Positions 36,115-47,405 of a stretch of 64,000 nt of DNA are shown here, one piece after another. Position 1 is the stretch's first letter. Each line of letters starts with the position of its first letter. Under the pieces are notes generated by a model. The model saw nothing but the letters and a program-made list of their open reading frames with translations, made no database searches and was not told where the DNA came from. The DNA is taken from the NCBI GenBank assembly GCA_964016885.1, contig OZ024765.1, positions 23,064,001 to 23,128,000 of the forward strand, in the 5' to 3' direction. The position numbers were made by a program, and so were the translations under genes. The DNA comes from Eledone cirrhosa. Lineage: Eukaryota.

Positions 36115-39100
36115 ATGGCTGATATAAGAGTTGGGTGTCTGAATGTACGTGGCCTGGGACTGTCTTGGAAACAAGGCAAACTTTTAAACGATCTCAGGTC
36201 GCATAGAATGGATGTAATGGCTATTTGCGAGTCCAGGATCAGCAGCGAGCACCAACTGGCGCCCCTCTTCGACGACTTTGAGATCTTCGCATCTCTCTGT
36301 CAACCGGGGGGTGGGGGTGGAGTTGTCGTTCTGCTGCGAAAACACCTGGGCCTCGCCATACAGAAGGTGCACCTGGACCCGGAGGGTCGACTGGTGGTTT
36401 TAGACGTCGGCAGTAGTGAAAGTGGAGCCCTTAGACTAATAGCTGTGTACGCCCCTTTTTGGGCAGCGCGGCCGGAATACTTCCAACGTCTGGAAACTTT
36501 TCTGGGAACGTCCCGCTCCTTGCTTTTAGTGGGGGACTGGAATGGTATCCTGGATGCACGTTGGGACTATGTAGGGGCATGTGCCAATAGAGGGGGGTGT
36601 AAAAGCCTCAAAAGGTTAATCGGCCGATTTGACCTGGCCGATAGATATCGACTAGATTTTCTGACTGTACCACTATGGACGTGGACCAATCGCAGTGGAA
36701 CATCTAGGTCGTACCTAGATAGGGTCCTAGTTAGAGAGAACGATAGGGACACATTTAGCTGTCCAAAAATGTTCATGGTTGACTATTCGGATCACAAGTT
36801 AGTGACCTGCATAGCCAACCTTGATAGAACCCATAGACAGGGACCCGGTTACTGGAAGCTGAACTTGTCCTTACCGAGAAGCAAAGCTTACAGTAAACGG
36901 ATTAGCACGTTAGTTAAGCAGAGTTTGACAGGGGCAATTGTCAACAACAGGTGGTGGAGCTCTCTTAAGAGAGCAATTAGAATAGAATCGATAGGTTTTA
37001 GTCAGGAATTAGCAAGGGATAGGAACAAGACGGAAAGGGAATTAGTAGATAGAGTAGAAGAGGCGATTAGGAGTGGCAATGTAGCCGGCGTGCTGGCATC
37101 AAGAATGGCCTTAGACCAGTTCTTTGAGGTGAAGCATGAAGGCTGCGTTGTCAGGAGTAAAATACGTGCTCTGGGTAATGAGGGAGCCAAAGCTGTAAGC
37201 TGGGCCCGAGTGACAGAGGCAAAAAGTGGGAACAAGTCCACGATTCGGTCTTTGAAGGACCAGGATGGGCGTGTGATCCTTGAACCTGGGCAGATGTGTG
37301 CGGCCTTTCAGCGGCACTTTGCACGACTGTTCGAGAGGGGCGGCGCGCCGGGTGAGACTATGGATTTCAATCCATACCTCGACGGTCTGCCGCGCCTCTC
37401 GGACGCGGAGGCGAAGTCCTGCGAAAGGCCGATTTCAGCTGCTGAGATAGGGGCGGCGCTGAGCCAATGCGGCAAACGCAAATCCCCGGGTCTCGATGGT
37501 CTACCATACGAGCTATATGTAGCGATGCCGGACTTGTTCTCCGATATCCTCGAAGCGGTCTACTGCAACTGGCAGCAGAACGGGAGAATTTCCAGTTCTG
37601 TGACCAAGGGCGTAGTTACGCTGGTGAGGAAGGATGAGAACAAGGGGGATGACATAAGTAACTTCAGGCCCATAACTCTGCTAAATACAGAGTTAAAGAT
37701 TTTGGCCAAGGTGTTAGCGAAGAGGTTGGCGCTTGTCGTTGGAAACCTGGTGGGAGAAGCGCAGACATGCGCAATCCCGTCCAGGTCCATTCACGACAAT
37801 CTCCACCTTATGCGATACATCATAGAGAGGGTAGGGAATGAACCCGGCTTTGGTGGGGCCCTGATCAACTTGGATCAATCTAAAGCTTTCGATAGGGTTG
37901 ACCATCGTTACCTGGATGCGGTGCTCGCGGCGGCAGGCTTCGGACCCGTTTTCAGGGGTTGGATTGCTGCGATGCACAGCAGCAACGTCTGCTCAAGGGT
38001 CAAGGTGAACGGCCACCTCTCGGAGCCGTTCCAAATCATGCGATCCATCCGACAGGGATGCCCTCTCTCCTCCCTACTGTATGTGCTGGCTCTTGAGCCA
38101 CTACTGCGGAAGTTGGAGCGGTTGCAGGGCATCCCTTTGGAACCGGGATTGCAGAAAGCGGCGTCGGCCTACGCCGATGACGTGACAGTAATGGTGTCGA
38201 AAACCTCGCAAATCGGTGAGATCGGCACCTTACTGGAGGAATATGAAAGGTTTACAGGAGCCAAGCTGAACCGGGACAAGTCCGTCGGTTTGCAACTCGG
38301 AACATGGAGAGGCAAACCGATGCCCTCCAACGACGTCGTCGGACGCTGGACGGAGGGCCCGGTGAAGCTGCTTGGGGTCTGGTTCGGACCAGACCTCCAG
38401 GTGGAGAAAAACTGGAACGAGGTAACGGCCAGGGTGTTTGCACTCACCCAGAAGTGGGCCCAGTGCAAACTATCCCTGAAAGGTCGAGCGGAGGTGGCGA
38501 ATACTTATATAGCATCCGTCATCTACTACCGCTTGACCGTCGTGCCTTGCCCAGTGAAAAGACTCGCCAAAATGGAGTGCGCGCTGTTCCAATTTCTTTG
38601 GAACAAGCGGACCCCTTTGGTGAGGAGATCCATCTGCTGTCAACACCCTTCGAAAGGAGGGTTGGGGATGCCGTGGCTACAGATGCGTAAACACGCATTA
38701 AGGCTACGGCACCTCCAGGTATTCCTCACCGGTCAACCGGTGTGGGCCCCGTTTGTGAGGCGAGCCTTTCCCAGACTCGTCTCGCTCACCGAGCTGCAAT
38801 CCTGGGTCAAGCAAAGACCGAGAAAAGTGGGCGACTGGCACATTGAATGTGCCCAGGCGCTCACGGCCCTCTGGAAAGCGGACCCGGCAATCAGTGGAGA
38901 CTCCACCTCGACATTCTATAGAGGGTTGGTACGCAGCAGGTGCGACGATGCTCTCGGAGAAGCTCTAGGCATGGAGGAAGATGAACTGGCCAGTCTGTTC
39001 GGTAGGACGTTTGGCCCTGGACCGATGGACAACTTCCAAAAGTCCCTGGCTTGGCAGTGCTACCGAGGGGCTCTACCCGTTCGAGACAAGCTCCACAGGC

Positions 39101-39552
39101 ATGGGAGCCTGGGTAGAGATCCTTTGAATAAGATCTGTCCGAGATGCGTGCATGATGACGAAACCGTTGCGCACGCATTCGTACACTGCCCAGGCATTGC
39201 TGACCTGTGGGGCTATGTGGAACGACTACTGTCGAGGGTGGGACCAATCCGGTTGACCACCGAGTCCATTGTCACGATCAAACCGCCTCCCCCTTTCAAA
39301 AACGAAGGAGAGGCGGTTTTTCTCTGTGTGGTAGCCATGGCTAAAGAAGTTGTATGGTGGACGAGGCTGAAAGGGCTGAGGTCAGACACCTTTCTCTCCG
39401 GCCAACAACTGGTCCCCTTTTTCAAATACCATTTTAAAAGAAGGATCAGAATGGAGAGAGAGGTGCTCTACCCCAGCAAGTTTTATGAAAGGTGGGTGAA
39501 AGTAGGGAGAATGGCCAGAGTGAATGGGTCTTCTCTCTATATCAGCCTGTAG
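36115..39552 (+). CDS. Tx1-like ORF2, 1145 aa: APE endonuclease + reverse transcriptase + C-terminal Cys/His motif
   Basis: LNVRG, GDWN, SYLDR, SDH, GPGYWKLN, PGLDG, FRPITLLN, LDQSKAFDRV, RQGCPLS, YADD, CPRC..ETVAHAFVHC. Confidence 0.96.
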   Translation: MADIRVGCLNVRGLGLSWKQGKLLNDLRSHRMDVMAICESRISSEHQLAPLFDDFEIFASLCQPGGGGGVVVLLRKHLGLAIQKVHLDPEGRLVVLDVGSSESGALRLIAVYAPFWAARPEYFQRLETFLGTSRSLLLVGDWNGILDARWDYVGACANRGGCKSLKRLIGRFDLADRYRLDFLTVPLWTWTNRSGTSRSYLDRVLVRENDRDTFSCPKMFMVDYSDHKLVTCIANLDRTHRQGPGYWKLNLSLPRSKAYSKRISTLVKQSLTGAIVNNRWWSSLKRAIRIESIGFSQELARDRNKTERELVDRVEEAIRSGNVAGVLASRMALDQFFEVKHEGCVVRSKIRALGNEGAKAVSWARVTEAKSGNKSTIRSLKDQDGRVILEPGQMCAAFQRHFARLFERGGAPGETMDFNPYLDGLPRLSDAEAKSCERPISAAEIGAALSQCGKRKSPGLDGLPYELYVAMPDLFSDILEAVYCNWQQNGRISSSVTKGVVTLVRKDENKGDDISNFRPITLLNTELKILAKVLAKRLALVVGNLVGEAQTCAIPSRSIHDNLHLMRYIIERVGNEPGFGGALINLDQSKAFDRVDHRYLDAVLAAAGFGPVFRGWIAAMHSSNVCSRVKVNGHLSEPFQIMRSIRQGCPLSSLLYVLALEPLLRKLERLQGIPLEPGLQKAASAYADDVTVMVSKTSQIGEIGTLLEEYERFTGAKLNRDKSVGLQLGTWRGKPMPSNDVVGRWTEGPVKLLGVWFGPDLQVEKNWNEVTARVFALTQKWAQCKLSLKGRAEVANTYIASVIYYRLTVVPCPVKRLAKMECALFQFLWNKRTPLVRRSICCQHPSKGGLGMPWLQMRKHALRLRHLQVFLTGQPVWAPFVRRAFPRLVSLTELQSWVKQRPRKVGDWHIECAQALTALWKADPAISGDSTSTFYRGLVRSRCDDALGEALGMEEDELASLFGRTFGPGPMDNFQKSLAWQCYRGALPVRDKLHRHGSLGRDPLNKICPRCVHDDETVAHAFVHCPGIADLWGYVERLLSRVGPIRLTTESIVTIKPPPPFKNEGEAVFLCVVAMAKEVVWWTRLKGLRSDTFLSGQQLVPFFKYHFKRRIRMEREVLYPSKFYERWVKVGRMARVNGSSLYISL

Positions 39553-42500
39553 GTGAAAGAAGAGGAAAAAGAGGAGACGAGGGAAGCACCTACTCTTTGT
39601 GCTCCTGAGGAGAAGGGTTACACATTTTTTCCGGGGTGTGTGCGACCCATGTTAATGCCCCCTCCCTATTGAGGACTTCGTTTGTTGTTGTTATTTCATT
39701 GTTATATTTTTGTACTCGTTAATTATATGTAAACTTCCCCCCTTGTATCTGTCCCTACCTTTTGTGCCCTAGTGGCAAATAAAGAAACCACTCTATATAT
39801 ACTATTGTATTTTCACAGTAAAGGCTTTACCTCACATAATATCTCACATAATATCTACATTACTCTATATATACTATTGTATTGTCACAGTAAAGGCTTT
39901 ACCTCACATAATATCTCACATAACATTTACATTACTCTATATATTCTATTGTATTGTCACAGTAAAGGCTTTACCTCACATAATATCTCACATAACATTT
40001 ACATTACTCTATATATACTATTGTATTTTCACAGTAAAGGCTTTACCTCACATAATATCTCACATAACATTTACATTACTCTATATATACTATTGTATTG
40101 TCACAGTAAAGTCTTTACCTCACATAATATCTCACATAACATTTACATTACTCTATATATACTACTGTATTTTCACAGTAAGGCTTTACCCCACATAATA
40201 TCTCACAACATTTACATTACTCTATATATACTATTGTATTGTCACAGTAAAGTCTTTACCTCACATAATATCTCACATAACATTTACATTACTCTATATA
40301 TACTATTGTATTTTCACAGTAAAGTCTTTACCTCACATAATATCTCACATAACATTTACATTACTCTATGTATACTATTGTATTTTCACAGTAAAGGCTT
40401 TACCTCACATAATATCTCACATAACATTTACATTACTCTATGTATACTATTGTATTTTCACAGTAAAGGCTTTACCTCACATAATATCTCACATAACATT
40501 TACATTACTCTATATATACTATTGTATTTTCACAGTAAAGGCTTTAGCTCACATAATATCTCACATAACATTTACATTACTCTATGTATACTATTGTATT
40601 TTCACAGTAAAGGCTTTACCTCACATAATATCTCACATAACATTTACATTACTCTATGTATACTATTGTATTTTCACAGTAAAGGCTTTACCTCACATAA
40701 TATCTCACATAACATTTACATTACTCTATATATACTATTGTATTTTCACAGTAAAGGCTTTACCTCACATAATATCTCACATAACATTTACATTACTCTA
40801 TATATACTATTGTATTTTCACAGTAAAGGCTTTACCTCACATAATATCTCACATAACATTTACATTACTCTGTATATACTATTGTATTTTCACAGTAAAG
40901 GCTTTACCTCACATAATATCTCACATAACATTTACATTACTCTATATATACTATTGTATTTTCACAGTAAAGGCTTTACCTCACATAATATCTCACATAA
41001 CATTTACATTACTCTGTATATACTATTGTATTTTCACAGTAAAGGCTTTACCTCACATAATATCTCACATAACATTTACATTACTCTATATATACTATTG
41101 TATTTTCACAGTAAAGGCTTTACCTCACATAATATCTCACATAACATTTACATTACTCTGTATATACTATTGTATTTTCACAGTAAAGGCTTTACCTCAC
41201 ATAATATCTCACATAACATTTACATTACTCTATATATACTATTGTATTTTCACAGTAAAGGCTTTACCTCACATAATATCTCACATAACATTTACATTAC
41301 TCTATATATACTATTGTATTTTCACAGTAAAGGCTTTACCTCACATAATATCTCACATAACATTTACATTACTCTATATATACTATTGTATTTTCACAGT
41401 AAAGGCTTTACCTCACATAATATCTCACATAACATTTACATTACTCTATATATACTATTGTATTTTCACAGTAAAGGCTTTACCTCACATAATATCTCAC
41501 ATAACATTTACATTACTCTGTATATACTATTGTATTTTCACAGTAAAGGCTTTACCTCACATAATATCTCACATAACATTTACATTACTCTATATATACT
41601 ATTGTATTTTCACAGTAAAGGCTTTACCTCACATAATATCTCACATAACATTTACATTACTCTGTATATACTATTGTATTTTCACAGTAAAGGCTTTACC
41701 TCACATAATATCTCACATAACATTTACATTACTCTATATATACTATTGTATTTTCACAGTAAAGGCTTTACCTCACATAATATCTCACATAACATTTACA
41801 TTACTCTGTATATACTATTGTATTTTCACAGTAAAGGCTTTACCTCACATAATATCTCACATAACATTTACATTACTCTATATATACTATTGTATTTTCA
41901 CAGTAAAGGCTTTACCTCACATAATATCTCACATAACATTTACATTACTCTATATATACTATTGTATTTTCACAGTAAAGGCTTTACCTCACATAATACC
42001 TCACATAACATTTACATTACTCTATATATACTATTGTATTTTCACAGTAAAGGCTTTACCTCACATAATATCTCACACAACATTTATATTACTCTATATA
42101 TACTATTGTATTTTCACAGTAAAGGCTTTACCTCACATAATACCTCACATAACATTTACATTACTCTGTATATACTATTGTATTTTCACAGTAAAGGCTT
42201 TACCTCACATAATATCTCACACAACATTTACATTACTCTATATATACTATTGTATTTTCACAGTAAAGGCTTTACCTCACATAATACCTCACATAACATT
42301 TACATTACTCTATATATACTATTGTATTTTCACAGTAAAGACTTTACCTCACATAATATCTCCTCACAACATTTACATTACTCTATATATACTATAGTAT
42401 TATCACAGTAAAGGCTTTACCCCACATAATACCTCACATAACATTTACATTACTCTATATATACTATTGTATTTTCACAGTAAAGACTTTACCTCACATA

Positions 42501-43400
42501 ATATCTCACATAACATTTACATTACTCTATATATACTATTGTATTATCACAGTAAAGGCTTTACCCCACATAATACCTCACATAACATTTACATTACTCT
42601 ATATATACTATTGTATTTTCACAGTAAAGGCTTTACCTCACATAATACCTCACATAACATTTACATTACTCTATATATACTATTGTATTTTCACAGTAAA
42701 GACTTTACCTCACATAATATCTCACATAACATTTACATTACTCTATATATACTATTGTATTTTCACAGTAAAGACTTTACCTCACATAATATCTCACATA
42801 ACATTTACATTACTCTATATATACTATTGTATTTTCACAGTAAAGTCTTTACCTCACATAATATCTCACATAACATTTACATTACTCTATATATACTATT
42901 GTATTTTCACAGTAAAGGCTTTACCCCACATAATATCTCACATAACATTTACATTACTCTATATATACTATAGTATTATCACAGTAAAGGCTTTACCCCA
43001 CATAATACCTCACATAACATTTACATTACTCTATATATACTATTGTATTTTCACAGTAAAGGTTTTACCTCACATAATATCTCACATAACATTTACATTA
43101 CTCTATATATACTATTGTATTTTCACAGTAAAGGCTTTACCCCACATAATATCTCACATAACATTTACATTACTCTATATATACTATTGTATTTTCACAG
43201 TAAAGACTTTACCTCACATAATATCTCACATAACATTTACATTACTCTATATATACTATTGTATTTTCACAGTAAAGACTTTACCTCACATAATATCTCA
43301 CATAACATTTACATTACTCTATATATACTATTGTATTTTCACAGTAAAGGCTTTACCTCACATAATATCTCGCATAACATTTACATTACTCTATATATAC

Positions 43401-44876
43401 AGCAAGGTTAGAATTAACAACGAATATAGTGAAGAGTTTAGCGTAAAAGTTGGCGTCCATCAGGGCTCTGTTCTCAGCCCCCTACTATTTATTATTGCCC
43501 TTCAGGCTATAACAGAGGAGTTCAAGACAGGCTGCCCATGGGAACTCCTATACGCAGACGACCTGACACTCATAGCGGAATCAATGGCCGAGCTAGAGAA
43601 GAAATTCCAAACATGGAAGCACGGCCTAGAGTCAAAAGGACTTAAAATTAACCTGGCTAAGACCAAAGTTCTAGTTTGTAGGAAAGAAAACAAGGCGGCG
43701 GTCCCTTCTGGGAAATGGTCGTGCTCGGTATGTAGGAAAGGCGTAGGTAGAAACTCCATCTTATGTCCTAAATGCAAAGTATGGGTGCATAAAAGATGTA
43801 GTGGGATCACAGGTAAGCTAACTAAGAACATAGACTTTACATGTGGCCGGTGTTCTGGTGCAATAAGTAGCAGCAAGTGCCCACAAAATACTAGCTCTTT
43901 CAATTGCGCAGAGGGTTCTATAGAAATAGTGGACAGCTTCCGTTACCTGGGCGATAAAATCAGCAGTGGGGGAGGGTGCTCTGAAAGTACTGTAGCTAGA
44001 GTCAGAACTGGTTGGAAAAAGTTCAGAGAGCTTATACCACTATTAGCTGCTAAAGGGTTCTCCCTAAAAATGAAAGGCAGGTTGTACGATGCCTGCATAC
44101 GAACAGCAATGTTGCATGGTAGTGAGACCTGGGCATTGTGTGCAGAGGATATACGCAGACTAGAGAGGAACGAAGCTTGCATGCTCCGCTGGATGTGTAA
44201 CAGTAATATACGTGAACGGCAAAGCATAAACGAACTAAGGAAAAAAATTAGAGATAAGAGGGATCAGATGTTGTTTACTCGAGAGAAGGCTGCGTTGGTA
44301 TGGACACGTGATGCGCATGAAAGTCGATAGCTGTATTACAAAGTGCAGGGCAATAAAGATAGACGGTAGCCACGGAATAGGCAGACCTAGAAAAACATGG
44401 GATGAGCTGATAAACTCCGACCTCACACACTTACACCTCTCCAAGACAATGTCACTGGACCGTGACCTTTGGCGGTACTCAGTAACAGAGAAGACCCGCC
44501 TTGCCAGTAGGCATATCTAACAAAATACACCCCTCCCGCCGCCACCCCCACCCCATCCACACCACCCCGTTCTATGTAAAGTTATGTTGGTGCCGCGCCA
44601 TCCAGGCCGAAACAAATGAGATCGTGTAGGTGTCACGACAAAAAAACACACAGTCCACGCTGTAATGTGGCCGTGTAGGCAACACGGTAAAAACCTCCCA
44701 GACCCACACTGTAAATGTGGTTGGTGTTAGGAAGGGCATCCAACTGTAGAAAACCTGCCAGACAGTCCTATGCGAGCAAGACAATCACTCTTGCCTCAAG
44801 TGGGACTACCCCCGTCCAAACCCATGCAAGCGTGGAACACGGACGTTAAACGTTGATGATGATGATGATGATGATG
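43401..44876 (+). mobile_element. RTE subfamily 2, 5'-truncated, inserted in the 72-bp array
   Basis: GVHQGSVLSPLLF, LYADD, Cys-rich insert, a frameshift near 44245 and a (GAT)n tail. Confidence 0.92.
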
Positions 44877-45311
44877 ATACTATTGTATTTTCACAGTAAA
44901 GGCTTTACCTCACATAATATCTCACATAACATTTACATTACTCTATATATACTATTGTATTTTCACAGTAAAGGCTTTACCTCACATAATATCTCACATA
45001 ACATTTACATTACTCTATATATACTATTGTATTTTCACAGTAAAGGCTTTACCTCACATAATATCTCCCATAACATTTACATTACTCTATATATACTATT
45101 GTATTTTCACAGTAAAGGCTTTAGCTCACATAATATCTCACACAACATTTACATTACTCTATATATACTATTGTATTTTCACAGTAAAGGCTTTAGCTCA
45201 CATAATATCTCACACAACATTTACATTACTCTATATATACTATTGTATTTTCACAGTAAATGCTTTACCTCACATAATATCTCATAACATTTACATTACT
45301 CTATGTATACT

Positions 45312-45828
45312 CAAAATGAAAGGCAGACTGTATGGTGCGTGTATCCGAACAGCAATGTTACATGGTAGTGAGACCTGGGCACTGTCTGTAGAAGACTTAC
45401 GTAGATTAGAAAGAAACGAAGCCTGCATGCTCTGGTGGATGTGTAATAGTAATATACGTGAACGGCAAAGCATAAACGAATTGAGAGAGAGACTGAGCAT
45501 AAGAGGAATCAAATGCTGTGTGCAGGAGAGGCGGTTGTGTTGGTATGGACATGTGATGCGTATGAAGGATGACAGCTGCATAAAAAGGTGCAGAGCACTA
45601 GAAGTCGATGGAAACCGCAGGGTGGGGAGACCCAAGATGACCTGGGATGACGTGATAAAAGCCGACCTTACCCAATTACATCTTTCAAAGGCGATGACAC
45701 ACGACCGTGACCTCTGGCGCCACGCAGTAATACAGAAGACCCGACCCCCCATGGGTACAAGCTGAATTTGAAGTATATAGACAATATGCACCCACATGTA
45801 AAGTAGTTTTGGAGGTGCCATGGCAGAA
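45312..45828 (+). mobile_element. RTE 3' fragment running into the assembly gap
   Basis: MKGRLY..MLHGSETWAL..DRDLWR peptide. Confidence 0.87.
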
Positions 45829-46028
45829 NNNNNNNNNNNNNNNNNNNNNNNNNNNNNNNNNNNNNNNNNNNNNNNNNNNNNNNNNNNNNNNNNNNNNNNN
45901 NNNNNNNNNNNNNNNNNNNNNNNNNNNNNNNNNNNNNNNNNNNNNNNNNNNNNNNNNNNNNNNNNNNNNNNNNNNNNNNNNNNNNNNNNNNNNNNNNNNN
46001 NNNNNNNNNNNNNNNNNNNNNNNNNNNN
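45829..46028. other. Assembly gap (200 N)
   Basis: Run of N. Confidence 1.
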
Positions 46029-47116
46029 ACCACACCACACCACACCCACTACACCACACTACCACACCACCACCACACCACCACCACCACACACCACACC
46101 ACCACACCACCACACCACCACCACACCACCACCACACCACCACCACTACCACACCACCACCACCACACCACACACCACACCACCACCACACACCACCACC
46201 ACCACACCACACACCACCACCACCACACCACCACACCACCACCACCACACCACCACACCACACACCACCACCACCACACCACCACCACCATGGTTCTGTC
46301 TCTATATATTAATACCCTCCATGTCTGCAGAGTCCCGTTCCGTAACCTCGTTGTGGGTCTCCTGTCTCACCAACTATTGCTGCAGACAACACCACCACAC
46401 CACCACCACACCACCACACCACACCACCACACCACCACCACACCACCACACCACACCACCACACCACCACCACACCACCACACCACACCACTACACCACA
46501 CCACCACACCACCACCACCATGGTTCTGTCTCTATATATTATATACCCTCCATGTCTGCAGAGTCCCGTTCCGTAACCTCGTTGTGGGTCTCCTGTCTCA
46601 CCAACTATTGCTGCAGACAACACCACCACACCACCACCACACCACCACCACACCACACCACCACACCACCACCACACCACCACACCACACCACCACACCA
46701 CCACCACACCACCACACCACACCACCACACCACCACCACACCACCACACCACACCACTACACCACACCACCACACCACCACCACCATGGTTCTGTCTCTA
46801 TATATTATATACCCTCCATGTCTGCAGAGTCCCGTTCCGTAACCTCGTTGTGGGTCTCCTGTCTCACCAACTATTGCTGCAGACAACACCACCACACCAC
46901 CACCACACCACCACACCACACCACCACACCACCACCACACCACCACACCACACCACCACACCACCACCACACCACCACACCACACCACTACACCACACCA
47001 CCACACCACCACCACCATGTTCTGTCTCTATATATTATATACCCTCCATGTCTGCAGAGTCCCGTTCCGTAACCTCGTTGTGGGTCTCCTGTCTCACCAA
47101 CTATTGCTGCAGACAA
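46029..47116 (+). repeat. (CAC/CACAC)n tracts alternating with four copies of the acceptor plus the first ~59 nt of an exon
   Basis: ccctccatgtctgcag|agtcccgttccgtaacc...cagacaa starts at 46331, 46562, 46828 and 47058. Confidence 0.92.
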
Positions 47117-47359
47117 TCGGCTCAATTCTGTTGCAGCTGCACACCTGCAGCGAGCAGGACGGTGCAAGAAGCACCACCACCACCACCACCACCTTCTCCT
47201 CCGTCTCTGCTGAGTCAACCACTGGGCAACAACAACAACAACAACAACAGCAGCAGCAACAACAATCAACACCTTGGCGCTCAACATCTGCAACTCTGTC
47301 ATCACCATCGTTTACCTCTTCTTCTTCTTCTTCTTCACCATCTTCATCACAACTTCCAG
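47058..47359 (+). CDS. ARFGEF3: ARFGEF3 exon (VPFRNLVVGLLSHQLLLQ... with poly-T/Q/S)
   Basis: Matches my recollection of BIG3 'V.FR.IVV.LLSHQ.LLQ'. Donor g|GTAAGT. Phase 2 to 1, in frame with exon 61025. Confidence 0.88.
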
Positions 47360-47405
47360 GTAAGTACTGCAGAGAAACGAAGCTCCTTCTTTGCCTTCTT
47401 TGCCT

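Larger units (their letters stand above)
34151..39787 (+). mobile_element. Full-length, apparently intact Tx1/L1-group non-LTR retrotransposon
   Basis: ~210-nt 5' UTR, two uninterrupted ORFs, 21-nt spacer, and a 3' UTR ending AATAAAGAAA. Both flanks are the 72-bp repeat. Confidence 0.93.
33345..45311 (+). repeat. 72-bp minisatellite array in three segments (33345-34150, 39790-43400, 44877-45311), split by LINE insertions
   Basis: Unit acatttacattactctatatatactattgtattttcacagtaaaggctttacctcacataatatctcacata. Starts with TTAACCCTTTAGC. Confidence 0.95.

Noticed and set aside
39772-43411. 879-aa and related HSKGFTSHNISHNIYITLYILLY ORFs (also 7454-10706 on the minus strand)
   Set aside because: Translation of the 72-bp satellite, whose length is a multiple of 3.
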